From the sequence record MH460460.1: a DNA stretch of 64,000 nucleotides. One strand, given 5' to 3'. The notes beneath the pieces were generated by a model. It was not told where the DNA came from. It ran no database searches and saw only the letters and a program-made list of their open reading frames with translations. This document shows positions 46,428 to 56,735 of this stretch, one piece after another. Numbering within the stretch: position 1 is the first letter of the stretch; every line of letters begins with the position of its first letter. Made by a program: the position numbers and the translations under genes.

Positions 46428-47347
46428 AGACTCCTGTTATTGAAACGAATCTTCGGACAGTAGAGAATATTCTCGCCGTCGCTTACAAGAGTTCGAAGCG
46501 TGAACGGTTTCGGAGTTCCATCGCCGTGTCCAACTTCTTCCGCGAAATATGGAATCAATGGACTCTTTTGATAGTCTCCGCAAACTCGCGTATTCGTATG
46601 CGCTACAACAACCCAACCGGGAAGCGTTGTTGGCGGCGTTGTGTACGGTTGCGAATCACTGAGAAGAGTAATTGCGCCCATAGTAGTAAACGTGCCAGTT
46701 GCATAAACACGAAAACGTTTTGCAGTTTGCGGATTAGATGCGGCGTACATTGTTGTGTCACCTGTCATCGGCGACCACGTTCCCAAACTCGTTTCGGTGC
46801 CATCATCAGCAACAGCATTCACACTGAAAATAAGTGCTGTTCCTTCTCGCACAAGATGCGTAAGTTTTACAGGAGAATCAAACTCAACAATAAGATTTCC
46901 ATCACCTACAGTTTCCGGACGATAATCAGCACCGACCAAAGGAGAAGCGCCAGCAAACAAATGGGAAATAGTTCTTTTTGATGCGGCTGTTTCCAAAATG
47001 CGATCAGGAATCAGAGCGCGAAAGTTAATGCCCCAAAGGTTTTTGTAGAAGCTGACGCCTTTATAAAAATAACGTGCCTGTGGAATCAAATGCACAATGT
47101 TTGTTTTACTGATAAAAGAAACTATTCCTTTAGAAACACCTGCGGATTTATTGTAGAGATCTGCAAGTGAATCCTGTTTGAATATTTGTGCAACTGCGGC
47201 TTCATCTGCGGGAAGATTACCGGGCATTAAAAACGCTGTCCATGCAGCGCCAGTGAACATATGGCGCGTGACAGTATTTTCAGCAGTGTTCCCCAATCGC
47301 GCACCAAACAAACTATGTGCGCGAACGTGCGTATCAATTATTTTCAT
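46424..47347 (-). CDS. Structural paralog 6 with discoidin-like insert
   Basis: AFLMPGNLP; VEFDSPVKLT...TAKRFRVY; LPGWVVV; EEVGHG. Confidence 0.65.
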   Translation of the reverse strand: MKIIDTHVRAHSLFGARLGNTAENTVTRHMFTGAAWTAFLMPGNLPADEAAVAQIFKQDSLADLYNKSAGVSKGIVSFISKTNIVHLIPQARYFYKGVSFYKNLWGINFRALIPDRILETAASKRTISHLFAGASPLVGADYRPETVGDGNLIVEFDSPVKLTHLVREGTALIFSVNAVADDGTETSLGTWSPMTGDTTMYAASNPQTAKRFRVYATGTFTTMGAITLLSDSQPYTTPPTTLPGWVVVAHTNTRVCGDYQKSPLIPYFAEEVGHGDGTPKPFTLRTLVSDGENILYCPKIRFNNRSL

Positions 47348-47814
47348 TATCCTACATGGCCTCCGACCGGAATAAATACATAGTCAGGTTCCTTCACGCT
47401 GATTGCACTTACAAGGAAATCAACAATCGGGTTATCCTGAGCAACGTATTCAATTCCATTTGCTTTGGGAGTAAACGGCGCAGAACTTACATAAGTGTTA
47501 TCCAGATCTTTTGCTTCTGTGTTTTGCGTGTTCATCTGCGGAAACACAAAAGTTTTTTGCCACTGCGTTTTGAAATACTGCGAACTGTCCGGATAGACGA
47601 GCGATCCTCGCATCATCCACGGACGCATAAGGATATAGCCAGAAAATTGTTCGGCAGTAAAAATCAAAGCGTTTTTAGTAATGGCACTGAAACCGATAAC
47701 GTAGCTTGTATCAAATACAGTTTGAACCGATTTCAATTGACCGCGAAACGATCCCCAAACCAAACCGTTCTGAATAAAATAGTTCTTATCATATGCAGGA
47801 ACGTTAACAATCAT
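47347..47814 (-). CDS. Hypothetical structural protein
   Basis: 155 aa within the array. Confidence 0.55.
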   Translation of the reverse strand: MIVNVPAYDKNYFIQNGLVWGSFRGQLKSVQTVFDTSYVIGFSAITKNALIFTAEQFSGYILMRPWMMRGSLVYPDSSQYFKTQWQKTFVFPQMNTQNTEAKDLDNTYVSSAPFTPKANGIEYVAQDNPIVDFLVSAISVKEPDYVFIPVGGHVG

Positions 47815-47827
47815 TTCTTTCTCCTGC

Positions 47828-48847
47828 TTACAGTTTGTTTATTGTTGATTGAGCCAATCCATAACCTGCGCCATTAGGCGAAGATAAATAAAATTGACCG
47901 ATGCGGAAAATACTCAACTTGGACAAATCGAATGCCAAAGAATAATCAACCGGAGTTGAAAAACTTGTGTCGCTTTGTTTGTAGAGTTTCAATTGCACGC
48001 CGTTCACATACAGACGAACTACCCCTCCAACGCGACGCAAAGTTAGAGTAGCACCATACTGAACGTTTTCAGAAACATAAACCTCATCAGATTTGGTATA
48101 CGTGCGCGTAAGGATATAGCGAACCAGTTGCGGTGAGTTCGACATGTATTGGAAATACAAAGAAAGACCATCAACCGGATTATTGTTTGAACCTATCGCA
48201 CTTGTAAAAGAGAACATAGGATAAACATTAAAGCCGCCGTTGAAATAGTTGATCGCTGTCTGAAATTCGAAATCACCTGTTCCAATCTGACGCATCATTC
48301 CTGTTTGAATATCATCAAACTGATAATATGGCGGATCTGCATATCCAGTACGGAACCAAATTGAAGGTATCGTTGCACTGGAAATTGGAATCGTGTCGAT
48401 ATCATCCAAACGCAATCCGAAAGCGTTGACAGTAACTACACTACCTTCGCCCGTTGAGTCTACAGAAGATCCAGAATCGACGTGGAGCAATTTGACATCT
48501 TTTCCAATCTCAAAAGAGAATGGAACGATACCGCCTAAAACAAGATGCGTAGGTTTTCCGATTGCGCTGCATGTGATATTGCATTTCGAAAAGTTAAGCT
48601 GATTTCCTACCAGCGTGCGCGTACAATCATTTCCTGTTCCGAGCAGTACGCCTATATCACTTGTCAGTTTTGTAACGTCAAAATAATAGCCTGCGCCATT
48701 TGGCCTGAAATTCAAGCAAGTCAAAAGATCCTTTTCTGTCTTGCCTGTATTCAGTGAAATAACGTAAGCGGCTTTATCGTCTGAGGCAGACGCAAATAAA
48801 CGCGTTAGCTGCGGAATCAGACTCAAATCAAACACTTTGTATTCCAC
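47828..48847 (-). CDS. Structural paralog with C-terminal LamG/ConA-like domain
   Basis: KPTHLVL; GDFEFQTAI...LTLRRVGGVVRLYVNGVQ. Confidence 0.6.
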   Translation of the reverse strand: MEYKVFDLSLIPQLTRLFASASDDKAAYVISLNTGKTEKDLLTCLNFRPNGAGYYFDVTKLTSDIGVLLGTGNDCTRTLVGNQLNFSKCNITCSAIGKPTHLVLGGIVPFSFEIGKDVKLLHVDSGSSVDSTGEGSVVTVNAFGLRLDDIDTIPISSATIPSIWFRTGYADPPYYQFDDIQTGMMRQIGTGDFEFQTAINYFNGGFNVYPMFSFTSAIGSNNNPVDGLSLYFQYMSNSPQLVRYILTRTYTKSDEVYVSENVQYGATLTLRRVGGVVRLYVNGVQLKLYKQSDTSFSTPVDYSLAFDLSKLSIFRIGQFYLSSPNGAGYGLAQSTINKL

Positions 48848-48873
48848 GATTTCACCTTATAAATTCAATCAAG

Positions 48874-50448
48874 TTAAATTTTCTTTCCCTGAACTATTTG
48901 GAAGTTCTTAATGTAGGCCGTCGGCAAACTCGCCGCACCGTAGACACCCAACATTTGAATAGGTTGCAGTGTGTACGGAAGGATTGTGTATTGGAACGAA
49001 TCAACTACGGTGCCACCCACGCTGAATTTATGTGTTCCTGTGTCTGAATCGTACTGATACACAACACGAACAAAATCAGTTGTGAGCAATGCTGTATAGT
49101 TAGCAAATGAACGAGCAACTTTAGTTCCTTGTTGGTTGTTCCAGATACATAATCCAGTTTCGTTGCTTCTATCTAAAGATAAGATAAAACGATCCGTGTA
49201 TGAAGTTTGCACCACAATTAAATCTATCTCTGCGTTCGAGGCAGTTGTATCTTGCCGATAATCAAACGAGAGATAGAAAGATTTAGTAAAATCAATATCA
49301 ACGGTGGCGGGAAACGACAATCGCGATCCAGATGTGCCTCTAATGCTACCGTCGCTTTGTTTAGGCCATCCGGTAAACGTCAAATCGTTTCCTAGATAGT
49401 CTTTTGACGGACTGCTATTAAAATTCTCTGCCGAGATTGCGATACGTGCATTAGGTTCAATCCACGAAGGCAAAGTATTTGCAGCGCTTAAAGTTTTCGC
49501 CGTGCGTACTTGCAACACTTCCGGGAATTCACCTGTAGAAATTGCGAGTGATTCGAGTTCGATAAGTTCACCACTTCCTTTTGCGCCAACCTTAACAGCA
49601 ATCATGCGAATGTCTGCGGTTCCTGCGGCAAGCGCACCGTTATTGCTATCAGCGATCAACAGAATTGCGTAACCGATATTTTTTGTTACTTTCGTAGTTG
49701 ATTTGTCGCCAATGCTAACAGGAAGACAACGACGCACCGAAGAGTTTCCTACAGCGCGTAAAATATCAGTTGTTATTGCGCTAGGTGCAGCGTTGGTTGC
49801 TACGTTTACAGGAACAGATAAGTTAACCGATGTTCCGGAAGCAGTAGCGCCAGCAGTTGTTGATGCCGCGATGATCTGCAAACTGGCCGCCGCGTTTTTG
49901 TTTGGCGAATCAGACAGAGCGGCGTCAAAGGTTATCAAACTATCAAACACCATATCCGCAACGGTTGCTGTTTGCGCTGCCATATTTCCAACGTAATCTG
50001 TAAGCTGCATCGGAGCAGAAACAGGGAAGCCGGGAAACAGCCCAATGGACGGATGCAATTTCATTTTCTTATTGCCTGTCAGCAAATCAGTCGCATACGC
50101 CGTGTCAATATCAAACGTGGATGCGCTCGCTGTAGTGCGACGAGGAATAATATTTTTTGGATAGTGAATCGTTACGCCGAGTTTTGGATCGTACACACTG
50201 CCGGGAACTGCTTTAATTCCGTGTGTGTACGGCTGCGACATTAGCAACCCTTCCGATGTAGGTTGCAAAACGATTCGACTCGCACCAACACAATCAGCAA
50301 TAAGTTTACGATGATCTAAAAAGTATTGCGAAAGATCCGAAGGAATTGTTCCTTCGAAAAAATACGCTTCTACTTCAATTCCGGTACTCCACGTTCCGGG
50401 AAGTTGCGCCACGGAAAACGGAAGTAAGTTAGAACCTAAAAGCCTCAT
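48874..50448 (-). CDS. Structural paralog with C-terminal LamG/ConA-like domain
   Basis: AYFFEGTIP; NIGYAIL; KVGAKGSG; DFTKSFYLSFDY...VRVVYQYDSDTGTHKFSVGG. Confidence 0.65.
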   Translation of the reverse strand: MRLLGSNLLPFSVAQLPGTWSTGIEVEAYFFEGTIPSDLSQYFLDHRKLIADCVGASRIVLQPTSEGLLMSQPYTHGIKAVPGSVYDPKLGVTIHYPKNIIPRRTTASASTFDIDTAYATDLLTGNKKMKLHPSIGLFPGFPVSAPMQLTDYVGNMAAQTATVADMVFDSLITFDAALSDSPNKNAAASLQIIAASTTAGATASGTSVNLSVPVNVATNAAPSAITTDILRAVGNSSVRRCLPVSIGDKSTTKVTKNIGYAILLIADSNNGALAAGTADIRMIAVKVGAKGSGELIELESLAISTGEFPEVLQVRTAKTLSAANTLPSWIEPNARIAISAENFNSSPSKDYLGNDLTFTGWPKQSDGSIRGTSGSRLSFPATVDIDFTKSFYLSFDYRQDTTASNAEIDLIVVQTSYTDRFILSLDRSNETGLCIWNNQQGTKVARSFANYTALLTTDFVRVVYQYDSDTGTHKFSVGGTVVDSFQYTILPYTLQPIQMLGVYGAASLPTAYIKNFQIVQGKKI

Positions 50449-50946
50449 TTAGAATTCCCCTGATACGCGATTGACACTAGCATAGAATTTCCCGTTAAGA
50501 AAATTCGCGTCCGACAAAATTAAATCCGCACCGCTTCCTTCTTTGCCAATCGTGAGCACTAAGAAACCACCGTAAGGAGTTGATCCGATGTTAGTGTTAA
50601 TCACGATGCAGTTATACAGACTGAGAAACGAATCAACGGTTCCAATAAAACTTGCAGACAAAAGAGCCTTCACGCGAAACTTTAATTTATTCGTTCCCGT
50701 ATTCAACCACGAAATAGGATAGCAGTTGTTGAAAGTTGTCAGATTGAATTGCGCAGTAGCACCGATTGCAGTCAGCGTTGTTCCTTCACTTACAACGATG
50801 TTTTGAGGATCGGGAATATTCGCAGCGGCAACCGTGTGAACGATATTTTCAAGACCGTACTTAACAGGCGGTTCGTCGGATGGACGCTTACCTTCTGCCG
50901 GAATAGGCACGTTAGACGTGTAAATGGGAAGACGAATTATTTCCAC
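50449..50946 (-). CDS. Structural paralog (C-terminal module)
   Basis: LTIGKEGSGADLILSDANF. Confidence 0.6.
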   Translation of the reverse strand: MEIIRLPIYTSNVPIPAEGKRPSDEPPVKYGLENIVHTVAAANIPDPQNIVVSEGTTLTAIGATAQFNLTTFNNCYPISWLNTGTNKLKFRVKALLSASFIGTVDSFLSLYNCIVINTNIGSTPYGGFLVLTIGKEGSGADLILSDANFLNGKFYASVNRVSGEF

Positions 50947-51028
50947 GATTTTCTCCTTTGTTTAATTCAAATTAGATGAATCGGATACTTACAGATTAAT
51001 AATAGGAGAGTAATCAGTAAGAATGAAT

Positions 51029-52081
51029 TTAAAGATCAAGAACCGCCTCGAATTCAAAATTTTCAACTTCTTTGACGGTAACAGTTGGCACTGTATTTGG
51101 AAGATCCGAACCAGATTGCAGTAAGTCTGAAATGAAATCTCTCACAACTAAACGTATTTCATCTTTCCTGCGCGTCGCACTTATGCCAAAACCTAATGAG
51201 ACATTCTCATCAGGTTCACTCGATGCCACGAATGGAAGTGCAGTCAGATTCTTAGCGACGGCGTTTGTCGAAGTATATTCAGGCAAGCGATACGAATAAG
51301 AAGATCCGTAGGCCGTATAATAGTATTCCTGATAGCTGGAGCGTACCAAATAAATACCGGGCGCGGATTCTGTAGTGCGACTAAAATTTGTTGTCCCTAC
51401 AACGCTAGGGGAAATAGCTGTGGCTGTAGCTTTGCAGTTTCCATCCATTGAAACTTTCAATTGATTCAAATATGAAGTGTATACTCGCGTATATTCCCAA
51501 CGACCATAATAGCTATATGATGAATAGGAGTACGTGTAGTTTTGAGCAACACTTAAATCTACAGGCTGAGTCGCTTTCAAATTGTTTTGAGTTAAACGTG
51601 TTGGCATTAAAATCATTTGAGTTGCCAACACACTGCCATCGCCAACATAATAACGATACGGAGTGTTTTTAATTCCTCCGTATCCAATATCTCCTTTCTT
51701 CAAAATACCTTGAGTGCTTGTGGAAAAATTGCTTCCGGATTCCCACAAACTAGGTGCGAGACAAAACAACTTAAACAGATCAAGAGTTGTTCGAGAAAAA
51801 GTTGTTGGGAATGTTAAAGTTGATTGTGTCTCAAGAGGCAAATCTTTTATGTTCATGTATGTGAGATAAAGCCGCGCACCATACACGCCAGCAAGAGGTG
51901 AACAATTGAGATTTTTATCGGAATCAATATCGAAAGTAATCGATCTGGCATTTGGAAGTATGTTTATAACACTGGCAATGTCAGAAGGCTTCGGTGTGTC
52001 TGCATCGAAAAGATATTGTATAGCCTCCGATTCTTTTAGTTCTCTTTGGGTGATAACTGTTCCTACACTGCAAAATTTCAT
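51029..52081 (-). CDS. Structural protein with Tyr/Ser-rich insert
   Basis: 350 aa; YTYSYSSYSYYG and YYYTAYGSSYSY tracts; first gene of the array. Confidence 0.55.
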   Translation of the reverse strand: MKFCSVGTVITQRELKESEAIQYLFDADTPKPSDIASVINILPNARSITFDIDSDKNLNCSPLAGVYGARLYLTYMNIKDLPLETQSTLTFPTTFSRTTLDLFKLFCLAPSLWESGSNFSTSTQGILKKGDIGYGGIKNTPYRYYVGDGSVLATQMILMPTRLTQNNLKATQPVDLSVAQNYTYSYSSYSYYGRWEYTRVYTSYLNQLKVSMDGNCKATATAISPSVVGTTNFSRTTESAPGIYLVRSSYQEYYYTAYGSSYSYRLPEYTSTNAVAKNLTALPFVASSEPDENVSLGFGISATRRKDEIRLVVRDFISDLLQSGSDLPNTVPTVTVKEVENFEFEAVLDL

Positions 52082-52202
52082 CTGATACTTTCCTATAGAT
52101 CAAGAATCAATTTTAGAAAAAGGCCGCACTGTGAAAGCTGAATACCATTCGCGAGGGATACAGGGCGCAAACCTGATCCGAGAGAATTTTTCACCAGAAA
52201 AT

Positions 52203-52229
52203 AAAAAAGGGAAGGCCGAAGCCCTCCCC
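52203..52229 (-). terminator. Intrinsic terminator with UUCG tetraloop
   Basis: Minus strand GGGGAGGGC-TTCG-GCCTTCCC-TTTTTT. Confidence 0.9.
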
Positions 52230-52243
52230 ATTAAATTACTGAA

Positions 52244-53620
52244 TTACGGAGTAACAACAAACTGGTTAGCGCCTGCAACAAACACGATGTAAACTTTCAT
52301 CGCTTGTGCAAGAGTTACAGTCAGGCTGTTAGCATCAACCAGAGTGATTTCGTCCGGAATGATTTGTTTGCCCGTTGAATCCAGAACAACAACAGTACCG
52401 AAACGCTGACCAGCATTGTGCGTAAAGGTGTAAGAGGTTGAACCCTCACCAGTGCCGCCAGTGTTATCCTGAACGTAAGTTTTAGCGCGAGTTGCAACGC
52501 TATCAACAACAAACTTACGAGTGGCTGCCGCGCCGTCAACTTCCTGCATTTCACCGGAGAAGATCAAATGATCAATAGTGCCGCCGTCTGCATCAATGAA
52601 GCCAGCAGATTTAACAGCGGTAATATCCAGATCGATAGTTGACGTTTCGGTATTGCGCGTTAAACCGGAACCAACAATGTTGTTTGCCAGTTGTGCAAAA
52701 CCTACGCCGCCATTAGCAACGCGAACACCGTTAGCGCCTTTAGAAAGGCTTCCACCATCCAGCTTAACGTTCAGGCCATCGCTATCAACAGCGACACCGC
52801 CAGCAGCGTTAACTTTTACAGACAGTTCATTGCCATTCAGATTCAAACCGAGGCCAGCAGTTACGCTTGCCATGCCGCCAAAGTTCGCCCACGCGTTACC
52901 ATCAAAACGAACATACTGATTCGTGTCAGAGTTCCACGCGATAGCGCCTTCCGCGCGATCCTGAGTAGGAGTGAAAACAATTTCAAAAGCATTGTCGCGA
53001 TATTCAACAATCACGTCATCAACAACGCCGTCGATAGTTCCGAAATCTGCGTGCAGGTTCGCAACAGCAGTCAGAACATAACGCTTACCTTCAACTTTTT
53101 GCGGTTGAAGAACAGCGTCAACTTGCATACCGTCTACATCTTGCTGCCAGTTCAAACCAGCAAGAGCATTTTCGATATCAATCTTACGAGCAGCATCGGT
53201 GCCGTTAACAGGCGCAGCAAGATCGCTGATACCGAAACCGCCAGCAGAAAGATTTGCTGCAAGAGTACCTTCTGCGCTAACAGAAAGTTTTCGAGCGAGT
53301 AAACCGCCAACGTAACCTTTACTTACAGCCGCAACATCATTCGCAGCGGATTGATCGGCAGAACTTAATTCAAGTACGCCTGTCATCGCTGTGGTGCCGT
53401 CTGCTTTCACGTAGCCAGACAGATCCGGAGAACTACCTTCGCCAAACGTTTTGATCGCAGTGCCATCAAAATATTTGTATACCTTGTCGGTAGTGTTGTA
53501 CCAGATCCATGCTTCCTGATTTGCAACCAGCGAACCGAGCGTTGGGTCGGATGCAAGTTTTTCACCACGAAGGTTTAAAATCTGCGCACCAGCCATCAAC
53601 GTCATATTGCCTAGTTTCAT
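52244..53620 (-). CDS. Virion fibre/whisker protein (probably abundant)
   Basis: WIWYNTTDKVYKYFDG, DAARKIDIE knuckle, V..DG repeats, C-terminal FTHNAG...VVLDSTGKQIIPDEITL domain; followed by a strong terminator. Confidence 0.7.
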   Translation of the reverse strand: MKLGNMTLMAGAQILNLRGEKLASDPTLGSLVANQEAWIWYNTTDKVYKYFDGTAIKTFGEGSSPDLSGYVKADGTTAMTGVLELSSADQSAANDVAAVSKGYVGGLLARKLSVSAEGTLAANLSAGGFGISDLAAPVNGTDAARKIDIENALAGLNWQQDVDGMQVDAVLQPQKVEGKRYVLTAVANLHADFGTIDGVVDDVIVEYRDNAFEIVFTPTQDRAEGAIAWNSDTNQYVRFDGNAWANFGGMASVTAGLGLNLNGNELSVKVNAAGGVAVDSDGLNVKLDGGSLSKGANGVRVANGGVGFAQLANNIVGSGLTRNTETSTIDLDITAVKSAGFIDADGGTIDHLIFSGEMQEVDGAAATRKFVVDSVATRAKTYVQDNTGGTGEGSTSYTFTHNAGQRFGTVVVLDSTGKQIIPDEITLVDANSLTVTLAQAMKVYIVFVAGANQFVVTP

Positions 53621-53638
53621 GGATAATCTCCAGTTGCC

Positions 53639-54388
53639 TTAGTAAAAATTCTCATCACATTGATCTAAAGAACAACGTAACTTTTCATACGCGTTTTTTC
53701 TCATGTCGTATGAGGACACGTATTTGTCATCGAGCATATATTTCGCTCGCGCAGTTACCGTTGGAAGATACGAAAGCAAACCGTGACCACGATAAGTTTC
53801 CCAACGAGTAACCGGATAAGAGACTTGATCAATCTCCATAGCCGTGAGATCGATCTTATCCACATACACGAATGGACGTTCACGCTCCACAATAAGATAA
53901 TCTATTTCATGCAGATTAAACATTGTGTGTTGCATATATCCAATGACGTAATCGGTGATAAGACGGAAAGTTTCTTCTTTATCGAGACTGAGGCGAAGCG
54001 AAAACGCATTCACTACACCCGGCAAACATTTCTGCCGCATTTCAATCCAAGCATCACTGAATCGAACATCGAAATCATCAGGATTATCACGCATCAACTC
54101 ATGCACGTAAGTTTCCATTCCGATAAAAGATTCGATGATCTGCTTTCCGTTTTCATCAGTAGGAGTAGCGCCTACTCCAGAACGAATAAAGCGCTTCTCC
54201 ACTTCTTGTAACCAATCAGTTGCTGAGGCGAAATACTGCAAAAGTGTTTCTCGCGCCTGTGCAGTAAATTGGTGACGATTGGTTTCAAGAATTTCCGAAA
54301 GCATGAACGCCTTAGCTTTATAAAAATCTGCATATCGTTCCGCAGTATATCTCCGAAACTCAATGTTGTTTTTCAAAAAGCCTTTCAT
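53639..54388 (-). CDS. Hypothetical protein
   Basis: 249 aa. Confidence 0.6.
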   Translation of the reverse strand: MKGFLKNNIEFRRYTAERYADFYKAKAFMLSEILETNRHQFTAQARETLLQYFASATDWLQEVEKRFIRSGVGATPTDENGKQIIESFIGMETYVHELMRDNPDDFDVRFSDAWIEMRQKCLPGVVNAFSLRLSLDKEETFRLITDYVIGYMQHTMFNLHEIDYLIVERERPFVYVDKIDLTAMEIDQVSYPVTRWETYRGHGLLSYLPTVTARAKYMLDDKYVSSYDMRKNAYEKLRCSLDQCDENFY

Positions 54389-54876
54389 CGCAAACTCCTG
54401 AGATCGCCTAGACGGTCATCGTCGTGCGCTCCTGTGGTTGTTGAGTAAATAGCGCCTGAGATACTATGCAATTTCTGCCGTACCAAAGACACTTCCGTAT
54501 GCAGGTCGTTCATCGATTGCATCAAATCGCGAACAACACCGTTTGTAAATTGAGTATCGCGACCAAGTGCGTTTAAAGACCGCTCCAATTCATGCGTTGC
54601 TCGCAGAACATCGGATAGCATCTTTACCGAACCTGCATCTTGATTCTCTTCTTTCAGTTTAGAAATTAAAGTTTTGATTGCTTCCAAACCTTCGGAAACT
54701 TCCGAAGTGTCAAGACTTCCTTCGGCCTCTTTCCTTTTATATTCTTTCAGTTCTTCCAATGAAGGAATCACCTTAAAATAATAAAATGCGCCAGCCACAA
54801 TCAAGCCAGCGCACGCAAGGATAGTAGGCGTATTAGATCCCAGAAGCTGACCAATTAAGTCTAACAATGCGCCCAT
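54385..54876 (-). CDS. Membrane-anchored coiled-coil protein
   Basis: TM ILACAGLIVAGAFYYF plus long amphipathic helices. Confidence 0.6.
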   Translation of the reverse strand: MGALLDLIGQLLGSNTPTILACAGLIVAGAFYYFKVIPSLEELKEYKRKEAEGSLDTSEVSEGLEAIKTLISKLKEENQDAGSVKMLSDVLRATHELERSLNALGRDTQFTNGVVRDLMQSMNDLHTEVSLVRQKLHSISGAIYSTTTGAHDDDRLGDLRSLR

Positions 54877-54877
54877 T

Positions 54878-55162
54878 TTATTTTCCTTTGCAAGTATTAT
54901 TCAGACTCACAATCAATCGAACCGCCCCGGAATTCACATCAGTTGTCTGAACAACCCGCGCCACTCTAGGAGGAAACTCGATGCAGTTTCCCAAAGTGCT
55001 ATCCGAAACACATACAGCAGTAACGCAACTCACAATTTCGTCGCCAATAACATTGGAAGGCGTATAAGATGTTCTGCTAGATGCAAAAGCAAGAACCAGA
55101 ACGAGTCCTACAAACAAAACAATGAGTAGCTTTGCCTTTTTTGCACCAGTCATTAAAGCCAC
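54878..55162 (-). CDS. Single-TM protein with Cys-rich periplasmic part
   Basis: LLIVLFVGLVLVLAFA; four Cys. Confidence 0.6.
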   Translation of the reverse strand: MALMTGAKKAKLLIVLFVGLVLVLAFASSRTSYTPSNVIGDEIVSCVTAVCVSDSTLGNCIEFPPRVARVVQTTDVNSGAVRLIVSLNNTCKGK

Positions 55163-55188
55163 TCCTTCCGAAACTTTCTGGAAATAAA

Positions 55189-55935
55189 TTATCGAGAAAG
55201 TGTTCCGTCAAGGGTCGGTAAAATGTTTTTCATCAAGATTTGTTCGTCTTCTGATTTGAGATTTTCGGGACGCACGAATAGCTCAACATAGAGTTTCGAA
55301 TCTTGATAGACCGGACGCAAAGCGATATCGAGATTGATGTAAGAAAATTTCCCAATCGTGGTATGTTCACGATTGATCATGTTGATGTAATGGTTGACTT
55401 GACCGCGATCTATTACGGTATTGAATTCTTCATCCACCACATAGTTGAGGCCGCTGATAATGAAGCCTTTACCCTTCGCCTGCAATTCAACCAAAGTCTT
55501 TTTCAATTGCTGCAAAGTTTGGATATAGAAAACTTCATGATCAGATTTTATGCAAGACGAAACAACATCATCGCTGTCTCGCGAAATTGATTGTGTTCCA
55601 AGAAGAATATATAAAGGAACATTTTTTCTATCAGCAGATTCAACAAGGAAATTTATTTTTTCGCACATAGGTTGAAACGTCTGAATGAAAAGATACGCGT
55701 TTTTATACTTCTCTTGAATATCAGTGGGAAGGTAGCTTAGAAAGTCTTTGTCTATGCTGACTAATCGCTTCGGATGATAAAATTCAATTTTTTGCGATAC
55801 TGCATCCATGTACTCATCGAATTCAGGACGAGACAAATTTTTAACGATGGGAATATAAAGCACAACGGTAGGTTGTTGCAGCATCCTTGCCGCAACGGTT
55901 GTACCGTAGAAAGATCCTGCATAGCTTTGAATCAT
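55189..55935 (-). CDS. Hypothetical protein (possible periplasmic-binding-protein-like alpha/beta fold)
   Basis: Likely start ATG 55935 just after the upstream TAG; MIQSY...YHPKRLVSID pattern. Confidence 0.5.
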   Translation of the reverse strand: MIQSYAGSFYGTTVAARMLQQPTVVLYIPIVKNLSRPEFDEYMDAVSQKIEFYHPKRLVSIDKDFLSYLPTDIQEKYKNAYLFIQTFQPMCEKINFLVESADRKNVPLYILLGTQSISRDSDDVVSSCIKSDHEVFYIQTLQQLKKTLVELQAKGKGFIISGLNYVVDEEFNTVIDRGQVNHYINMINREHTTIGKFSYINLDIALRPVYQDSKLYVELFVRPENLKSEDEQILMKNILPTLDGTLSR

Positions 55936-55937
55936 TA

Positions 55938-56735
55938 CTACGGAGTCGATATCGGCACGTAAACCATTAGACCAAAACCAGAGACAGGCTCCAAGAACTC
56001 CACTAATAATGTTTCTGGCGCTGAGGGATCTGTATAGACTTTTTCCGGCCACACAATTTCTCCACTCAAATCTGTACAGAAACAAAAACCTTTTCCTTCT
56101 CCAAATTCGTGCGTGAACGCCCAAAGCGGAGAAGGATCTTCCTGAATCGTAACCATGCCGCGAACAGCGCTGGAGTTAATCGCCTCATCAACTTTCGCAC
56201 TCAACAAACGAACAGTTTCATTCAAAGTGTTGACGCGCCCGGTGTTCGCAGTAGTGCGTGCGTTAAGGTTACTAAGCATCACACTGAAACCGGAAGACAG
56301 TTGAGATTTGATTGCGTCTGCATACGAGCGAGGAATAGCTTCGTTAGCAATAAATGCACTTACGATTCGTGGCAACAAAGGCGCTTCGAGTTGACCGCCT
56401 TTTGCGGAAAGAATAACAGGTTCCGGTAAATCGCTTTGATCCCATTGCTGAATAGCAACGAAATCATCGTACTCTAAAATCAGTTCCCACGTAAATTGTT
56501 TGCCGTTGGAAGGAACTTTATTTACGCGCTTGTAAACTGTTTTGTAATCCTGCGCATCAATATCTGTTACTACCCAAACGCCGTCGAGAGGGAAAACATG
56601 ATCCGTAGGTTCATTGTCTGAAAGAATCACGACAACTTCTGGCGCGAGTCGATAAACAATATCGTTAGTCGAACTCAATCCTTGTTGTCGTGCCAAATCA
56701 ACAAGAGTGTCCACGTAGTTGCTTAACTTACTCAT
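55938..56735 (-). CDS. Virion structural protein sharing its C-terminal domain with 52244-53620
   Basis: LWAFTHEFG...TDLSGEIVWPEKV...LLVEFLEPVSG; start ATG 56735. Confidence 0.6.
   Translation of the reverse strand: MSKLSNYVDTLVDLARQQGLSSTNDIVYRLAPEVVVILSDNEPTDHVFPLDGVWVVTDIDAQDYKTVYKRVNKVPSNGKQFTWELILEYDDFVAIQQWDQSDLPEPVILSAKGGQLEAPLLPRIVSAFIANEAIPRSYADAIKSQLSSGFSVMLSNLNARTTANTGRVNTLNETVRLLSAKVDEAINSSAVRGMVTIQEDPSPLWAFTHEFGEGKGFCFCTDLSGEIVWPEKVYTDPSAPETLLVEFLEPVSGFGLMVYVPISTP

Noticed and set aside
47826-47836. Minus-strand AAACTGTAAGC as another promoter box
   Set aside because: Explained by Lys-Leu-stop codons, with no hairpin following; counted only as a weak possible variant.
55936-56124. 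Apparent signal-peptide extension of the 55189 ORF overlapping the upstream gene
   Set aside because: The overlap region encodes the conserved C-terminal domain of 55938-56735; ATG 55935 is the more economical start.
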